IMG/VR virus record: IMGVR_UViG_3300037714_000266
Coordinates: 14,176-78,175 of that record
Strand: one strand, 5' to 3'
Source of the DNA: a virus
Taxonomy: Duplodnaviria > Caudoviricetes
Length of the DNA stretch: 64,000 nt
Within the stretch, counting starts at the first letter, position 1. Each line of letters opens with the position of its first letter. Below the pieces are notes generated by a model. That model was not told where the DNA came from, did no database searches, and worked only from the letters and a program-made list of their open reading frames with translations. Below are positions 7,934-16,819 of this stretch, piece after piece. Both the position numbers and the translations under genes were made by a program.

Positions 7934-9037
7934 TCAGAATGGGATCGATTTCGCTCGCCGGTTATCCACTGGGCCGGCCCCGGGTTTGTCTTCTGCACCC
8001 TGGGCCTCAGGAACATCCCCGTCGGTACCGGTGACCTTGGCCTTTTTGAGTTTCTTCTTCTTGGACATCAGGTGCAAGTGTCCGATGTCCTCGTCGAAAA
8101 CGGCGTGTCTGACCATGTCCCGGAACCGGATCACGCCCTCGGTTTTCTTGCCGCCCATGAGAGTTTCGAACCGATCGAGTACCTTGTTCGCCTGATCCTG
8201 GCTCATGACCATCTGAGCGTTCGTGGGTCTGAAATACCCCATCGCGAACAACTCAGAAAACGACTCGCCGTCCTTCCGGGCGTACTTGGTGACCTGCCAC
8301 TCGGGTCGATCGAAGTCGTACTTGGCGCCGTGTTTACGCTCGTAGCGGTGCGCCAGTTCGTGAATGAGGACGTAGTCAGGTGCGCCGTAGCTTCCGCCGG
8401 TCCGCTTCAGGATCTTTGGCGTCGCTCGGACAAGCATCTGATCCTTGTCACTCTTGTACTTCCCCGCTGCCGTCCCGTGGAACTCTTTCGGTGTCGCCAG
8501 GACCACCGTCAGACCGCCGTCGAGTGCCTTACGACGCCATCCCTTGAGTCCGCCCCATAGCTTCTCGAAATGCGATACCCACTTCTTGAGCTTGGCCTCG
8601 TCGAATCCAACCTGATTGACGTAGGTGTTGCCGCCCGCCTTCATCTCGGCCGGGATTGTCTTCTTGTTCTTGCCGCCGCGTGTGAAGTCAGCGAGGCCGT
8701 CGATGTTGTCCTCGACGAACCCCCATCGATTCTTCAGCTCCGTTTCCTGACTCTTCCGCCATTCAGGCGTATCGCCCTTCAACGGAGTCGCTGCAACAAA
8801 CAGGAGACGATGCAGCCAGGCCAGATCACCCTTCAGCTTCTTTTGCCCCTGCGGTGTACGACTCGCACCAAAGGTAAAGTTCTTGGTCATCCAGTCGGCC
8901 AACTCCTTGGCTTTGTCCGGATCCCATTTTTTCATGAGCAAAGAGACGCGTTGACGCAACTCAACCCCCAGATCCTCTGACGCTTCGAGGAATGGGGGTT
9001 GAGAGTCGAACAGTGAACTGAGACGAAGAAGGTTCAC
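7934..9037 (-). CDS. Zincin-like HExxH metallopeptidase, putative capsid cargo
   Basis: AAGKY...VLIHELAH...GESFSELFA zincin pattern; N-terminal leader ending FLE-A. Confidence 0.7.
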   Translation of the reverse strand: MNLLRLSSLFDSQPPFLEASEDLGVELRQRVSLLMKKWDPDKAKELADWMTKNFTFGASRTPQGQKKLKGDLAWLHRLLFVAATPLKGDTPEWRKSQETELKNRWGFVEDNIDGLADFTRGGKNKKTIPAEMKAGGNTYVNQVGFDEAKLKKWVSHFEKLWGGLKGWRRKALDGGLTVVLATPKEFHGTAAGKYKSDKDQMLVRATPKILKRTGGSYGAPDYVLIHELAHRYERKHGAKYDFDRPEWQVTKYARKDGESFSELFAMGYFRPTNAQMVMSQDQANKVLDRFETLMGGKKTEGVIRFRDMVRHAVFDEDIGHLHLMSKKKKLKKAKVTGTDGDVPEAQGAEDKPGAGPVDNRRAKSIPF

Positions 9038-10107
9038 TGCTCGTTGGGTTTGTCGATCGACTCGTCAGTGATCGACTCGGCCGCCCGAAGAGCGCGAGTG
9101 ATGCTCATGGCCGCGAGTTTCTGCTGGTTCTCGATGGACAGTCCGTCGTAGATCTGGACGACGGCCGCTGCGCGATGCACCGGCACCTGGGTGCCCTCGA
9201 CTCGAACAGCCATACCATCACGCACAGCACGCCGCAGGAGTTTGATGTTGACGCTGTCCCGCTCCTGATCCTCGGTGTGGTGGTTCAGTTCGTCGCCTGC
9301 GAAGACCGCCTGCACGATGGCTGCGACCTCGTTAAGATCGGCCGATGTCCACACCTGAGTCTCATCGGTGCGCGACGACGCCATCGGGGTGGCGCCCTCC
9401 TCGGACTCGACCGTGAGATCAGGCCGCAAATCGCGGAAGCGCGGGTTGGCCGAACCGATGTTCACAAGCTTGATGGTCCCGCCGCCCCCGTTGCCGCTCG
9501 TGGGTGGCACGAGCATGGCGTACTGGTCGCCCTTGCCGCCGCCGCTGGCCCCCGCAAGGGTGACGATGTGCATGCCGTGCTTCGTCGGTTTCGCGGCCTG
9601 AGTGACCTTGTAGGCCACGCCGCCGGCTTTGACGATCTGACCCTTCTTGGCGTTCATGAGCGCATTGGCGCCCTTGACCATGTTGGCCATCTGACCTGAC
9701 ACCGTGTTGTTCGGTGTCGCGGTCGCTGCGCCAGCTTCCACGACCGGGTCTTCCCAGAGACCATGCCCCTGCTGAGCGAACTTCAGACCCGTCGCTGCTG
9801 CCGTCGTGCGAATCGCGCTCTCGACCATCTGATGCAGCTTTTTGAGCGACTCCATCGGAGCGCCAGCCAACGCGATCCGTGCATCGGACTCGGTGAGCGC
9901 ATTGGCCATCGAGGCGGAGACGTCGTTGACGCCTGAGCGGAGACGAGTGATGAGGTTTTCGTACTCACGGATGAGTTTCAGAGCTGCCTCATCTTCGGGC
10001 ACCTCATCCACTTGAGGAAACGGTCCTGACGACTCGACCAGGTCCGCCTTGGGTCTGTCGAGAATGCCTCGAACCTCGTTCAGAATTGCAGTCGTCGTCA
10101 TGTTCAA
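9034..10107 (-). CDS. Putative prohead core / internal head protein
   Basis: Many hydrophobic-x-E sites; C-terminal AAAVVQIYDGLSIENQQKL resembles head-region proteins of T4-like phages as recalled. Confidence 0.6.
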   Translation of the reverse strand: MNMTTTAILNEVRGILDRPKADLVESSGPFPQVDEVPEDEAALKLIREYENLITRLRSGVNDVSASMANALTESDARIALAGAPMESLKKLHQMVESAIRTTAAATGLKFAQQGHGLWEDPVVEAGAATATPNNTVSGQMANMVKGANALMNAKKGQIVKAGGVAYKVTQAAKPTKHGMHIVTLAGASGGGKGDQYAMLVPPTSGNGGGGTIKLVNIGSANPRFRDLRPDLTVESEEGATPMASSRTDETQVWTSADLNEVAAIVQAVFAGDELNHHTEDQERDSVNIKLLRRAVRDGMAVRVEGTQVPVHRAAAVVQIYDGLSIENQQKLAAMSITRALRAAESITDESIDKPNEQ

Positions 10108-10111
10108 CTCC

Positions 10112-12310
10112 TCACCATCTCAGCTTTCGGCACCATCCGAGTAGCTTGTCCGGCTTCTTCATGTCGGCCAGCTTCATCGACATCGTGCGTTCCGTCCAGT
10201 CGCGATTGTGCTTGGTCTTCGCACGGACGATGACGGTGAACATTCCTTGGTCGTTCGTCTTCGTGCTGACGTTGATGTCGACCTCGGGACGGCCAATGCT
10301 CACTCGGACCTCGGCCGGTGTCATCGGCGCGTAGTACGCCAGTCGCACAACCTCTCCCATATAGAGGTTATTGGCGACAGATGGTTGTGTGTTCATCGGC
10401 TTCCAGTCGACCGGCGTGTTCTTTTCGAGCCACGAATCGATCGCCGACTTCGCTCCCTTGAGCGCCATCTTGACCTGCTCGGTTGGGCCGTCACTGGCCT
10501 TCGGTGTCGGACCCACCTGACCACCAGCGGATATCTCGAACAACTCATCGAGCGTGGGTTCGGCCGTTTCCTCGGCCACACCACCGCCAGGAACCCTCAC
10601 TTCGCTGATGCCGAAGTCACGGACTCTACCACCGTAGTCGACCATGGCGATGTCCTGTGTTGGCGTCTTTGGGATCGCCAATTCGAACTGATCACGTATT
10701 CCGCCGTCACCTGACACGAGGATGAGTTTGACCATGTCCGGCTGATGCTTGACCTGCTTGACGTTGAACTCGTAGGGACCGATCCGCATCGTGTCGCCAG
10801 CCTTCACCTTGCCGATGCGGTCATAGTGGCCTTCGTACCAACCCTGTGAGGCGCCAGAAACCCCGCCAGTATTCCAGCCACCCTTGCCTGGTTCTTTGCC
10901 TTGACCACTCTGTTGAAGATTGGCGGTCGGCGGCGCCTCGAAGTGACCCAGGGTCTTGCAGCCGTGAGACGAGCCCGCAACGCCGCCGGTGTTGATGCCT
11001 TCGTCGAGGATGGACTCGATCACATCGGCGACGTTCTCTGTTTTGGACTTGTTGAGACGGCGCGCCACCCTCTCGGCAGCAGACTTCGCAGCCTTGAGAC
11101 TGTCGGCATTGCCCTTTTGTCCCTTGTGCTTGCCCTCGACGGTTGACGCACTCCAGTCCCAGTCGCTCTTGGTGCCGTTGACCTGCATCTCGACATTGCC
11201 GTCGACGAACTCCCACGACTCGTAACCGTCGTTGTGCTTCGAGAGTTGATTCCACCCGCTCTTGGAAGTCGATTCGGTCCATAGACGCTGACCGATGAGC
11301 GTGCTCTTGAAACCTTTACGCCAGTTCGTCGATGGAGCACCGTCTGGCTCATCGCCGTAGCGGCGAACGAGATCCATCCACCCCTTCCAGTCCGTTGGAC
11401 GTTTCGCCCACTGATTCAAGATCGCCGTCGTAACCTGCGATCCGGCGCGTTGGCCATCCTTGTAGTCGGAGTTGGTTTCAACGAGTGCGTTTTCGAGTTT
11501 GGTTGACTTGGACTCGCTCATCCGCTGATCGATGTCCTGTTTTTCCGATCGACGTACGGCCCGGTTGTAGTCGGACCTAACACCCTTCTTCAACTTCGGC
11601 TTGACGGCTGGGTGCTTGGCGAATCCGACCTCCGAGGCGTAACCCTCGCCCTTCTTGGCTCCGGCCAGTTCTCGGCCAGCGCGCTTCTCTTCAAGGCCAT
11701 TGACGCCATCGACAGCTCTTTCGAACGCATCATCCAGATCCATGATCTCCTCCGACTTCGGACCCGTTGTGACGCTCGCGCTCTTACCCGCCGGTCCACA
11801 CGAGGGGTTATCTGGGTTCTTGTACATGCAGTAGCGCTGCCACGAGACACGCGCGTAATACTCCTTCGACTTCCCAGGCTGACTCTCCCTGATCTCGTCG
11901 TAGTAGCGAGCGAGCACTTTCTGGGTGCGCTTGTCTCCGGCCGGGGGGCCATGTGGCCTTTCCTTGGCTTCATCCATCGCGACCAGTACATCGCGCTGCG
12001 ACTCGCTCATCCCTGCGCTCATCGAAATGAGTGCGTACTCGATGGCCTTGTCGGCTTCGTCTTGAGCCTTCTGCCAGAGTTTCTCGGCCTTCTTCTGATC
12101 ACCGGCGGCGGACGCTGCCTTGGCCTGCTTGGCAACGGCTGCGATCTTTGCGCGCACCGACTTCGGAACAAGGCCCTCGCCCACGGCCTGATCGATGACG
12201 CTCATGAACGATCCGAACATATCGTCGGCCGAAGGAACCTTTTCCAGGAGAGTTCCAAGGGCCACGAAGTGTCCGGCTTCGCCTAACTCCTCTGTCGTCA
12301 TCCCAAGCAT
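10112..12310 (-). CDS. Putative capsid-internal multidomain protein
   Basis: 732 aa; short modules separated by LGEA, MSES, MDEA, LEEK, LDEG, LFEI sites. Confidence 0.65.
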   Translation of the reverse strand: MLGMTTEELGEAGHFVALGTLLEKVPSADDMFGSFMSVIDQAVGEGLVPKSVRAKIAAVAKQAKAASAAGDQKKAEKLWQKAQDEADKAIEYALISMSAGMSESQRDVLVAMDEAKERPHGPPAGDKRTQKVLARYYDEIRESQPGKSKEYYARVSWQRYCMYKNPDNPSCGPAGKSASVTTGPKSEEIMDLDDAFERAVDGVNGLEEKRAGRELAGAKKGEGYASEVGFAKHPAVKPKLKKGVRSDYNRAVRRSEKQDIDQRMSESKSTKLENALVETNSDYKDGQRAGSQVTTAILNQWAKRPTDWKGWMDLVRRYGDEPDGAPSTNWRKGFKSTLIGQRLWTESTSKSGWNQLSKHNDGYESWEFVDGNVEMQVNGTKSDWDWSASTVEGKHKGQKGNADSLKAAKSAAERVARRLNKSKTENVADVIESILDEGINTGGVAGSSHGCKTLGHFEAPPTANLQQSGQGKEPGKGGWNTGGVSGASQGWYEGHYDRIGKVKAGDTMRIGPYEFNVKQVKHQPDMVKLILVSGDGGIRDQFELAIPKTPTQDIAMVDYGGRVRDFGISEVRVPGGGVAEETAEPTLDELFEISAGGQVGPTPKASDGPTEQVKMALKGAKSAIDSWLEKNTPVDWKPMNTQPSVANNLYMGEVVRLAYYAPMTPAEVRVSIGRPEVDINVSTKTNDQGMFTVIVRAKTKHNRDWTERTMSMKLADMKKPDKLLGWCRKLRW

Positions 12311-12804
12311 CAGATCCCCGTCGTTGTTGCGTCGACCGCCGCGACGATACCAATCGTCACAGCCACCCCTACCACGAACCCGCCGATGAGCCCGACTTCA
12401 TCCCCATGAAGTTCCCACCACGTTCGTTCGGCTCTCTCGTTGGCGCGCTGGATCTCCTCGTCAGCCATCTCCAGGTGTCGAGTGTAGATCTGGCGTTCGC
12501 GCTCCCAGGTGCGTTGGTCGATCTCGTAAAGGCCCCTGACCTCGTCGTACGAGACGCGCAGACGAGCGACGTACGCAGCGCTCTCGTCAGGAAACAGCAC
12601 GCCAGGGCCTGTCTCCACTTCTTCTTCACCGCCGGTCACGACACAGCTATCGACGGCAACAGTTTGGACGCCCTCGTCGGGACGCTGCACCTCGTCGGGC
12701 ATATCGACCGCGATGATCGGGTCTGGGAGTGTGCGAGGCGATGCCGTGGCAGCCGAACCGCATCCAGCGACCATGATAGTCAACGCTACCCAAGCACCTC
12801 GCAT
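12310..12804 (-). CDS. Lipoprotein with coiled coil and C-terminal TM helix (u-spanin/o-spanin-like)
   Basis: Signal MRGAWVALTIMVAG-C lipobox; helical segment; C-terminal VGLIGGFVVGVAVTIGIVAAV. Confidence 0.65.
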   Translation of the reverse strand: MRGAWVALTIMVAGCGSAATASPRTLPDPIIAVDMPDEVQRPDEGVQTVAVDSCVVTGGEEEVETGPGVLFPDESAAYVARLRVSYDEVRGLYEIDQRTWERERQIYTRHLEMADEEIQRANERAERTWWELHGDEVGLIGGFVVGVAVTIGIVAAVDATTTGI

Positions 12805-12826
12805 TTTCGACCCCTCCCACCGCAAG

Positions 12827-12866
12827 ACGCCGCGAACCCCAGGGAAACCCCCCAGGGTCGCGGCGT
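12827..12866. terminator. GC-rich intergenic hairpin (terminator or processing site)
   Basis: ACGCCGCGA...TCGCGGCGT stem with inner GGGAAACCC; no clear U-tract. Confidence 0.35.
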
Positions 12867-12893
12867 TACAGATGTCGTCCCGACCCGGAAAGA

Positions 12894-13166
12894 CTAGACC
12901 GAGTATTCGTCCATCACGTCGATGGGGCCGACCGGAGTGTCGCCGGTGCCAGGCGCACTGGCCTCGATGGTGATCAACTCCAGGGCGATGAGGCGGTTCA
13001 GTTCCTTGTATGCCGGAGCACCCTTGTCTTCACCGAACCGGAGATCCGCGTCGGCGACGCCGGTGGCGACGTTGGCCGAATCGGCGACGGCGAATTGCTG
13101 GAATGGGTGCGGCAGATCACCGACTGCGAAATCCGCGCCGGAGGTGTTTGTGAGATCGAGCAACAT
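12894..13166 (-). CDS. Small acidic putative virion protein
   Basis: 90 aa with RBS (AAAGGAAG); N-terminus loosely resembles 55283..55705. Confidence 0.6.
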   Translation of the reverse strand: MLLDLTNTSGADFAVGDLPHPFQQFAVADSANVATGVADADLRFGEDKGAPAYKELNRLIALELITIEASAPGTGDTPVGPIDVMDEYSV

Positions 13167-13277
13167 GGTGGCTTAACTTCCTTTCGTCGGGTCGTCATCG
13201 AGGTTTTGAGGCGCCTCGTTGCCTTTGTCGAAGTGATTGGAAACCTACCACAACAGTTTAGAAGTCCAGAGTTTCCG

Positions 13278-13293
13278 GTGCAGACGTCTGCAC
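13278..13293. repeat. 16-bp palindrome GTGCAGACGTCTGCAC, copy 2 of 5 (extends to 18 bp)
   Basis: Exact sequence, intergenic, just after the holin-like stop codon. Confidence 0.95.
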
Positions 13294-13299
13294 CAATCT

Positions 13300-13663
13300 C
13301 TAGCTAAGCTTTTTCCCGTAGTTGGCAACCGCACTCTTGATCGAACTGACGACCGTTGCGTAGGCGATCATCGCAACGGCACCCGCGCCGGCATAGAACA
13401 TCACACCACCGGCCATTCCCTCGGTTCGAAGAGCATCAGTCACCGGGATGCCAGGGATGAGCCCGATCAGTCCACCGACCACGACCGCGTGGAAGCGATA
13501 GGTGACGTAGTAGACGCCTTTGACCCCTGGGTAGCCGGTCTTCGGCATGTCCTTCTGATCGCCGAGGATGAGTTTTTTGGCGATCTCACCAGCCAACCCG
13601 ATGACGAGCACCGAGATCCACAGAGCTGGGTGAGCGATGTATGCAATGAGTGCGTCGAGCATG
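13300..13663 (-). CDS. Holin-like protein with about three TM helices
   Basis: Start ATG 13663 with AGGAGG RBS; three hydrophobic segments and a basic C-tail; near the spanin-like gene. Confidence 0.55.
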
Positions 13664-13672
13664 ACGGGCCTC

Positions 13673-14443
13673 CTAAGCTGCCGATGGCCACCTCTTCGCG
13701 ATACGCCCAACGGTGGTCGACAGTCTTGCGTCAGTATCTGAATCGGCCTGTCCCAAGGCAAGTTTCCGTGCAAAGCCGCGTCGAAAGCCGTCAATCCCAC
13801 CGCCTCCGTCCCACGTTTCGTAATCGTTGAGCTTCATATCCACGAACCAAACACGAGTCGCCACGGCTCCAAGAACGGCCTCCAAATCGCCCGACAACCG
13901 CGCATCTGGGTTGATGACCACAAGGTCGTCTTCTGGGTCATAGACGGCGTACTGACTCATCTGACCGCGTCCACGACCCATCTCACGAGGATCGAGCATG
14001 ACCGGTAGCGTTCCGCGTGAAAGCCCAACGGAAGCCAAGAGTTTCGTGGTTGTTTTCAGGACCCCCATTAGTGGCCTCATCTCCGACTCGGAGTAGCCCC
14101 AGACATTGATGACCTCGAAGTCGCCCACCAATGCCTGAGCCGGGGCATCGCCTATCTTGGCTTGATCAATGAGTTTCTGGACATCTCGTACCACCACGAG
14201 AAGGTCGCGCATTTTTCGGGCGGCGCGCTGATCTACACCACTGCGTTGCAGGTTGTGCATCGCCAATCGGAGACGCTGTCGCAGCTTCGCGACCTCTGGC
14301 CGATCACCCACCAGGCCGTCTAGAATCGGCCTCACCATGTCGAGTAGCTGTTTTATTTTCACCCGGCCGGTTCCGGTGAGCGATACGGCTACCGAGACCT
14401 CGTCCAACTCCTTGATGATTCTCGCGAAAGTCTTGCGGTCCAC
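13673..14443 (-). CDS. Hypothetical protein, possible capsid cargo
   Basis: GTG 14443 with GGAAGG RBS; leader MDRKTFARIIKELDE. Confidence 0.6.
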   Translation of the reverse strand: MDRKTFARIIKELDEVSVAVSLTGTGRVKIKQLLDMVRPILDGLVGDRPEVAKLRQRLRLAMHNLQRSGVDQRAARKMRDLLVVVRDVQKLIDQAKIGDAPAQALVGDFEVINVWGYSESEMRPLMGVLKTTTKLLASVGLSRGTLPVMLDPREMGRGRGQMSQYAVYDPEDDLVVINPDARLSGDLEAVLGAVATRVWFVDMKLNDYETWDGGGGIDGFRRGFARKLALGQADSDTDARLSTTVGRIAKRWPSAA

Positions 14444-14506
14444 GTATTTGATCCTTCCCGTTCCATCAAGTGTCAGATCCCGACACTCCTTCGCGTCACT
14501 AGAGTC

Positions 14507-14953
14507 ATGACTATCGAAATAACCGACGCCAGTCACCTAGACCACGGCCTCACGGTGGCTCAGATCGAGTACGCCATTGAGTCAGCCGAACAACACATGG
14601 GTCTCACGGAACTCATCATCCACACCGTGGAGTTGCCAGAGAGGTACGGAACCGTTCCGTGTGGTCTTCATGGCCCCGTCCTCGGCGACGATCCGGTGCC
14701 AGAGACCGAGGTCGTCTACGAAGTCAGGGGAAGCCGCAATGGCCCCTCACGCCTCGTGGACCGAACCGAACGTCAGGTACGGACCCTGACCATCATCGCC
14801 GGACCCCACGAAGGCAAACCATGGGTCCTCTACACCGCCTTTGGTGGACCTGTGACCCCTCGTGAACCCTTCGATGTCCCCAACTGGGACGGCGCTGCGT
14901 TTATGGAGTCCCAGGCTTTCTGGGCCTCACACGCGCTCACCCGAAAAAGGTGA
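14507..14953 (+). CDS. Hypothetical protein
   Basis: 148-aa ORF, first gene of the plus-strand island. Confidence 0.65.
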   Translation: MTIEITDASHLDHGLTVAQIEYAIESAEQHMGLTELIIHTVELPERYGTVPCGLHGPVLGDDPVPETEVVYEVRGSRNGPSRLVDRTERQVRTLTIIAGPHEGKPWVLYTAFGGPVTPREPFDVPNWDGAAFMESQAFWASHALTRKR

Positions 14954-14963
14954 CTATCTGGTC

Positions 14964-14992
14964 TTGACTAGCGCTTCCTATATGCCTAATAT
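14964..14992 (+). promoter_or_regulatory. Sigma70-like early promoter TTGACT-N17-TAATAT
   Basis: AT-rich intergenic site followed by GGAAGG RBS and ATG 15016. Confidence 0.7.
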
Positions 14993-15015
14993 AGATAGTG
15001 GAAGGAAGCCAACCC

Positions 15016-15969
15016 ATGACCCGTACCGACATTCACCGCGTCTCCCAGATCAAGCCCGAGGAATACGTCATCGTTTTCTCGTACGCCCTCGCGAGTACGA
15101 GCGACGGCTGGCCGGTTCCGAGTTTCAGGATCAACTGCGCGCTCGACAAACGTCACGAAGTCGACGGCCAGATCGTCAACGGCACCCATCACAAAAACGG
15201 AAACTGCTGCGTCATCGGGCTGCGTCAGTCCGGAAAGAAACTCGCGGAGCATGGCGCACCCGGTACGTGCACCATCTGTGGCACCTGGCACATCTACGGT
15301 GACGTGTGGCGTCACGAGTCGACCGGAGAGCACATCTTCGTCGGTCACCAGTGCGCGGACAAGTACAACCTCATCGCCGACCGTCGCGCGTTCGAGAAGG
15401 CGCTCAAGGGCGTTCGAGTCCGATCCGTTCGCGAGCACGAGAAGGCCATTCGTCACGAGGAGCGCCAGAACTTCATCGACGCGCACGACGGTCTTCGTGA
15501 TGCACTGGAGACCGATCACCGCATCGTTCGCGACATCAAGGATCGCTTCCTCAACGGTCGCTACACCACGCTCACCGAGGGTCAACTCAACCTGGTCATG
15601 AAACTCTACCGCGAGTCGCTTCGTCCCCAGGTCGTCGAGCATCACGTTCCAGCTCCCATCGAAGCTGGTCGTCAGGTTGTCGAGGGCACTGTCGTCAGCG
15701 TTAAGTGCTACGACGGCAACTACGGCCTCACGTTCAAGATCACCGTGAAGGTCCACACCGACGAGGGCACCTGGCTCGCATGGGGCACCTGTCCAACTTC
15801 CCTCCTCGACGCCGAGGGCAACGTAGGCGGCAAGAAACTCCGCGGCGCCAAAGTCCGCTTCGCTGCGAAACTCAAGAAGGGTCGCGACGATCACTTCGCG
15901 CTCTTTTCTCGACCCACCCAGGCTGAAGTTGTCGAGTGGGCAAAAAACGACGCGGCCGAAGCAGCGTGA
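15016..15969 (+). CDS. Hypothetical early protein with Cys/His metal site and C-terminal OB-like beta domain
   Basis: CTICG...GHQC; VVEGTVVSVK...FKITVKV...VRFAAKL. Confidence 0.7.
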   Translation: MTRTDIHRVSQIKPEEYVIVFSYALASTSDGWPVPSFRINCALDKRHEVDGQIVNGTHHKNGNCCVIGLRQSGKKLAEHGAPGTCTICGTWHIYGDVWRHESTGEHIFVGHQCADKYNLIADRRAFEKALKGVRVRSVREHEKAIRHEERQNFIDAHDGLRDALETDHRIVRDIKDRFLNGRYTTLTEGQLNLVMKLYRESLRPQVVEHHVPAPIEAGRQVVEGTVVSVKCYDGNYGLTFKITVKVHTDEGTWLAWGTCPTSLLDAEGNVGGKKLRGAKVRFAAKLKKGRDDHFALFSRPTQAEVVEWAKNDAAEAA

Positions 15970-16163
15970 CGCTTGACGAACGCGACAAAGAGATTCACTC
16001 TGAGAACTCGATGACACCGATCTGCAAAAAGTCGCGCACCGAGGCGCTCCAAATATTGGGGGAAAAGTCCTTCAATACCTGGGGTACGTGCCTGGTGAGT
16101 GGCTATGCAGCCATCGATCTCGCGCACCAGGAGCCTACACAGGGCGGACTCATCGACCACTGA
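15966..16163 (+). CDS. Small hypothetical protein
   Basis: GTGA overlap with the previous stop; ends just before a terminator. Confidence 0.4.
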   Translation: MTLDERDKEIHSENSMTPICKKSRTEALQILGEKSFNTWGTCLVSGYAAIDLAHQEPTQGGLIDH

Positions 16164-16187
16164 CCAACCAAGAAGGTCGCAACGATG

Positions 16188-16221
16188 AAGCCGCCCAGTC
16201 GAAAGACTCGGCGGCTTTTTT
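16188..16221 (+). terminator. Rho-independent terminator
   Basis: AAGCCGCC-CAGTCGAAAGACTC-GGCGGCTT followed by a T-run. Confidence 0.75.
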
Positions 16222-16278
16222 CGTTGTGCTGAAAGACAACCATGCACACGAGGAGAAAACGTAAGAGCACATCCCCAT

Positions 16279-16355
16279 GGGGCTGTAGCTCAGTCTGGTA
16301 GAGCATCCGCCTTTTAAGCGGGCGCGCGTGGGTTCAAATCCCTCCAGCCCCACCA
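16279..16355 (+). tRNA. tRNA-Lys(UUU)
   Basis: Cloverleaf, loop CTTTTAA, CCA encoded. Confidence 0.92.
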
Positions 16356-16358
16356 TTT

Positions 16359-16431
16359 GCCGCAGAAGCTAGACAGGAACAGCACTCGGTTCTTACCCGA
16401 GAGATCCCCGGTTCGATTCCGGGTTGCGGTA
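16359..16431 (+). tRNA. tRNA-Lys(CUU)
   Basis: CTCGG-TTCTTAC-CCGAG; no encoded CCA. Confidence 0.88.
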
Positions 16432-16438
16432 CCGACAT

Positions 16439-16512
16439 TCGGGAGTCGTCTAGCGGTAGGACGATCGGCTCTGGACCGATCAACCGGGGTTCGAATCCCT
16501 GCTCCCGAACCA
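16439..16512 (+). tRNA. tRNA-Gln(CUG)
   Basis: ATCGG-CTCTGGA-CCGAT; CCA. Confidence 0.92.
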
Positions 16513-16518
16513 AGCACT

Positions 16519-16577
16519 CGCTCTCTGACAACTGAAGAAGGAATTTCCAAAAGGAAGGGGTCACCGAAACCCCTTCC
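16519..16577 (+). promoter_or_regulatory. boxA-like sequence plus hairpin (nut/rrn-type antitermination site candidate)
   Basis: CGCTCTCTGACAACTGAA then GGAAGGGGT-CACCGAA-ACCCCTTCC in the longest early spacer of the array. Confidence 0.45.
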
Positions 16578-16581
16578 ACTT

Positions 16582-16657
16582 GGGTCTGAAGCTCAAATGG
16601 GAGAGCGGCCGACTGTTAATCGGATGGTTGCGGGTTCGATCCCCGCCAGGCCCGCCA
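16582..16657 (+). tRNA. tRNA-Asn(GUU)
   Basis: Loop CTGTTAA; CCA. Confidence 0.92.
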
Positions 16658-16663
16658 AGTCAT

Positions 16664-16738
16664 AGGTCACGGTCTGGGTAACCGGGTTGGTCTCCAAAAC
16701 CGACCGTCTGCAACGTTCGATTCGTTGGTGACCTGCCA
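16664..16738 (+). tRNA. tRNA-Trp(CCA)
   Basis: Loop CTCCAAA; short D-arm; CCA. Confidence 0.85.
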
Positions 16739-16741
16739 AAT

Positions 16742-16818
16742 GGGATGGAAGATGAAGTGGTGGAATCGCTGGCCTGTCACGTCAGAGTAAGCGGGTTCAA
16801 CTCCCGTCCGTCCCGCCA
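16742..16818 (+). tRNA. tRNA-Asp(GUC)
   Basis: CTGGC-CTGTCAC-GTCAG; CCA. Confidence 0.9.
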
Positions 16819-16819
16819 C

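Noticed and set aside
12310-14443. Endolysin next to the holin- and spanin-like genes
   Set aside because: No lysozyme, amidase or peptidase motif recognised in the neighbouring ORFs; it is probably elsewhere in the genome.
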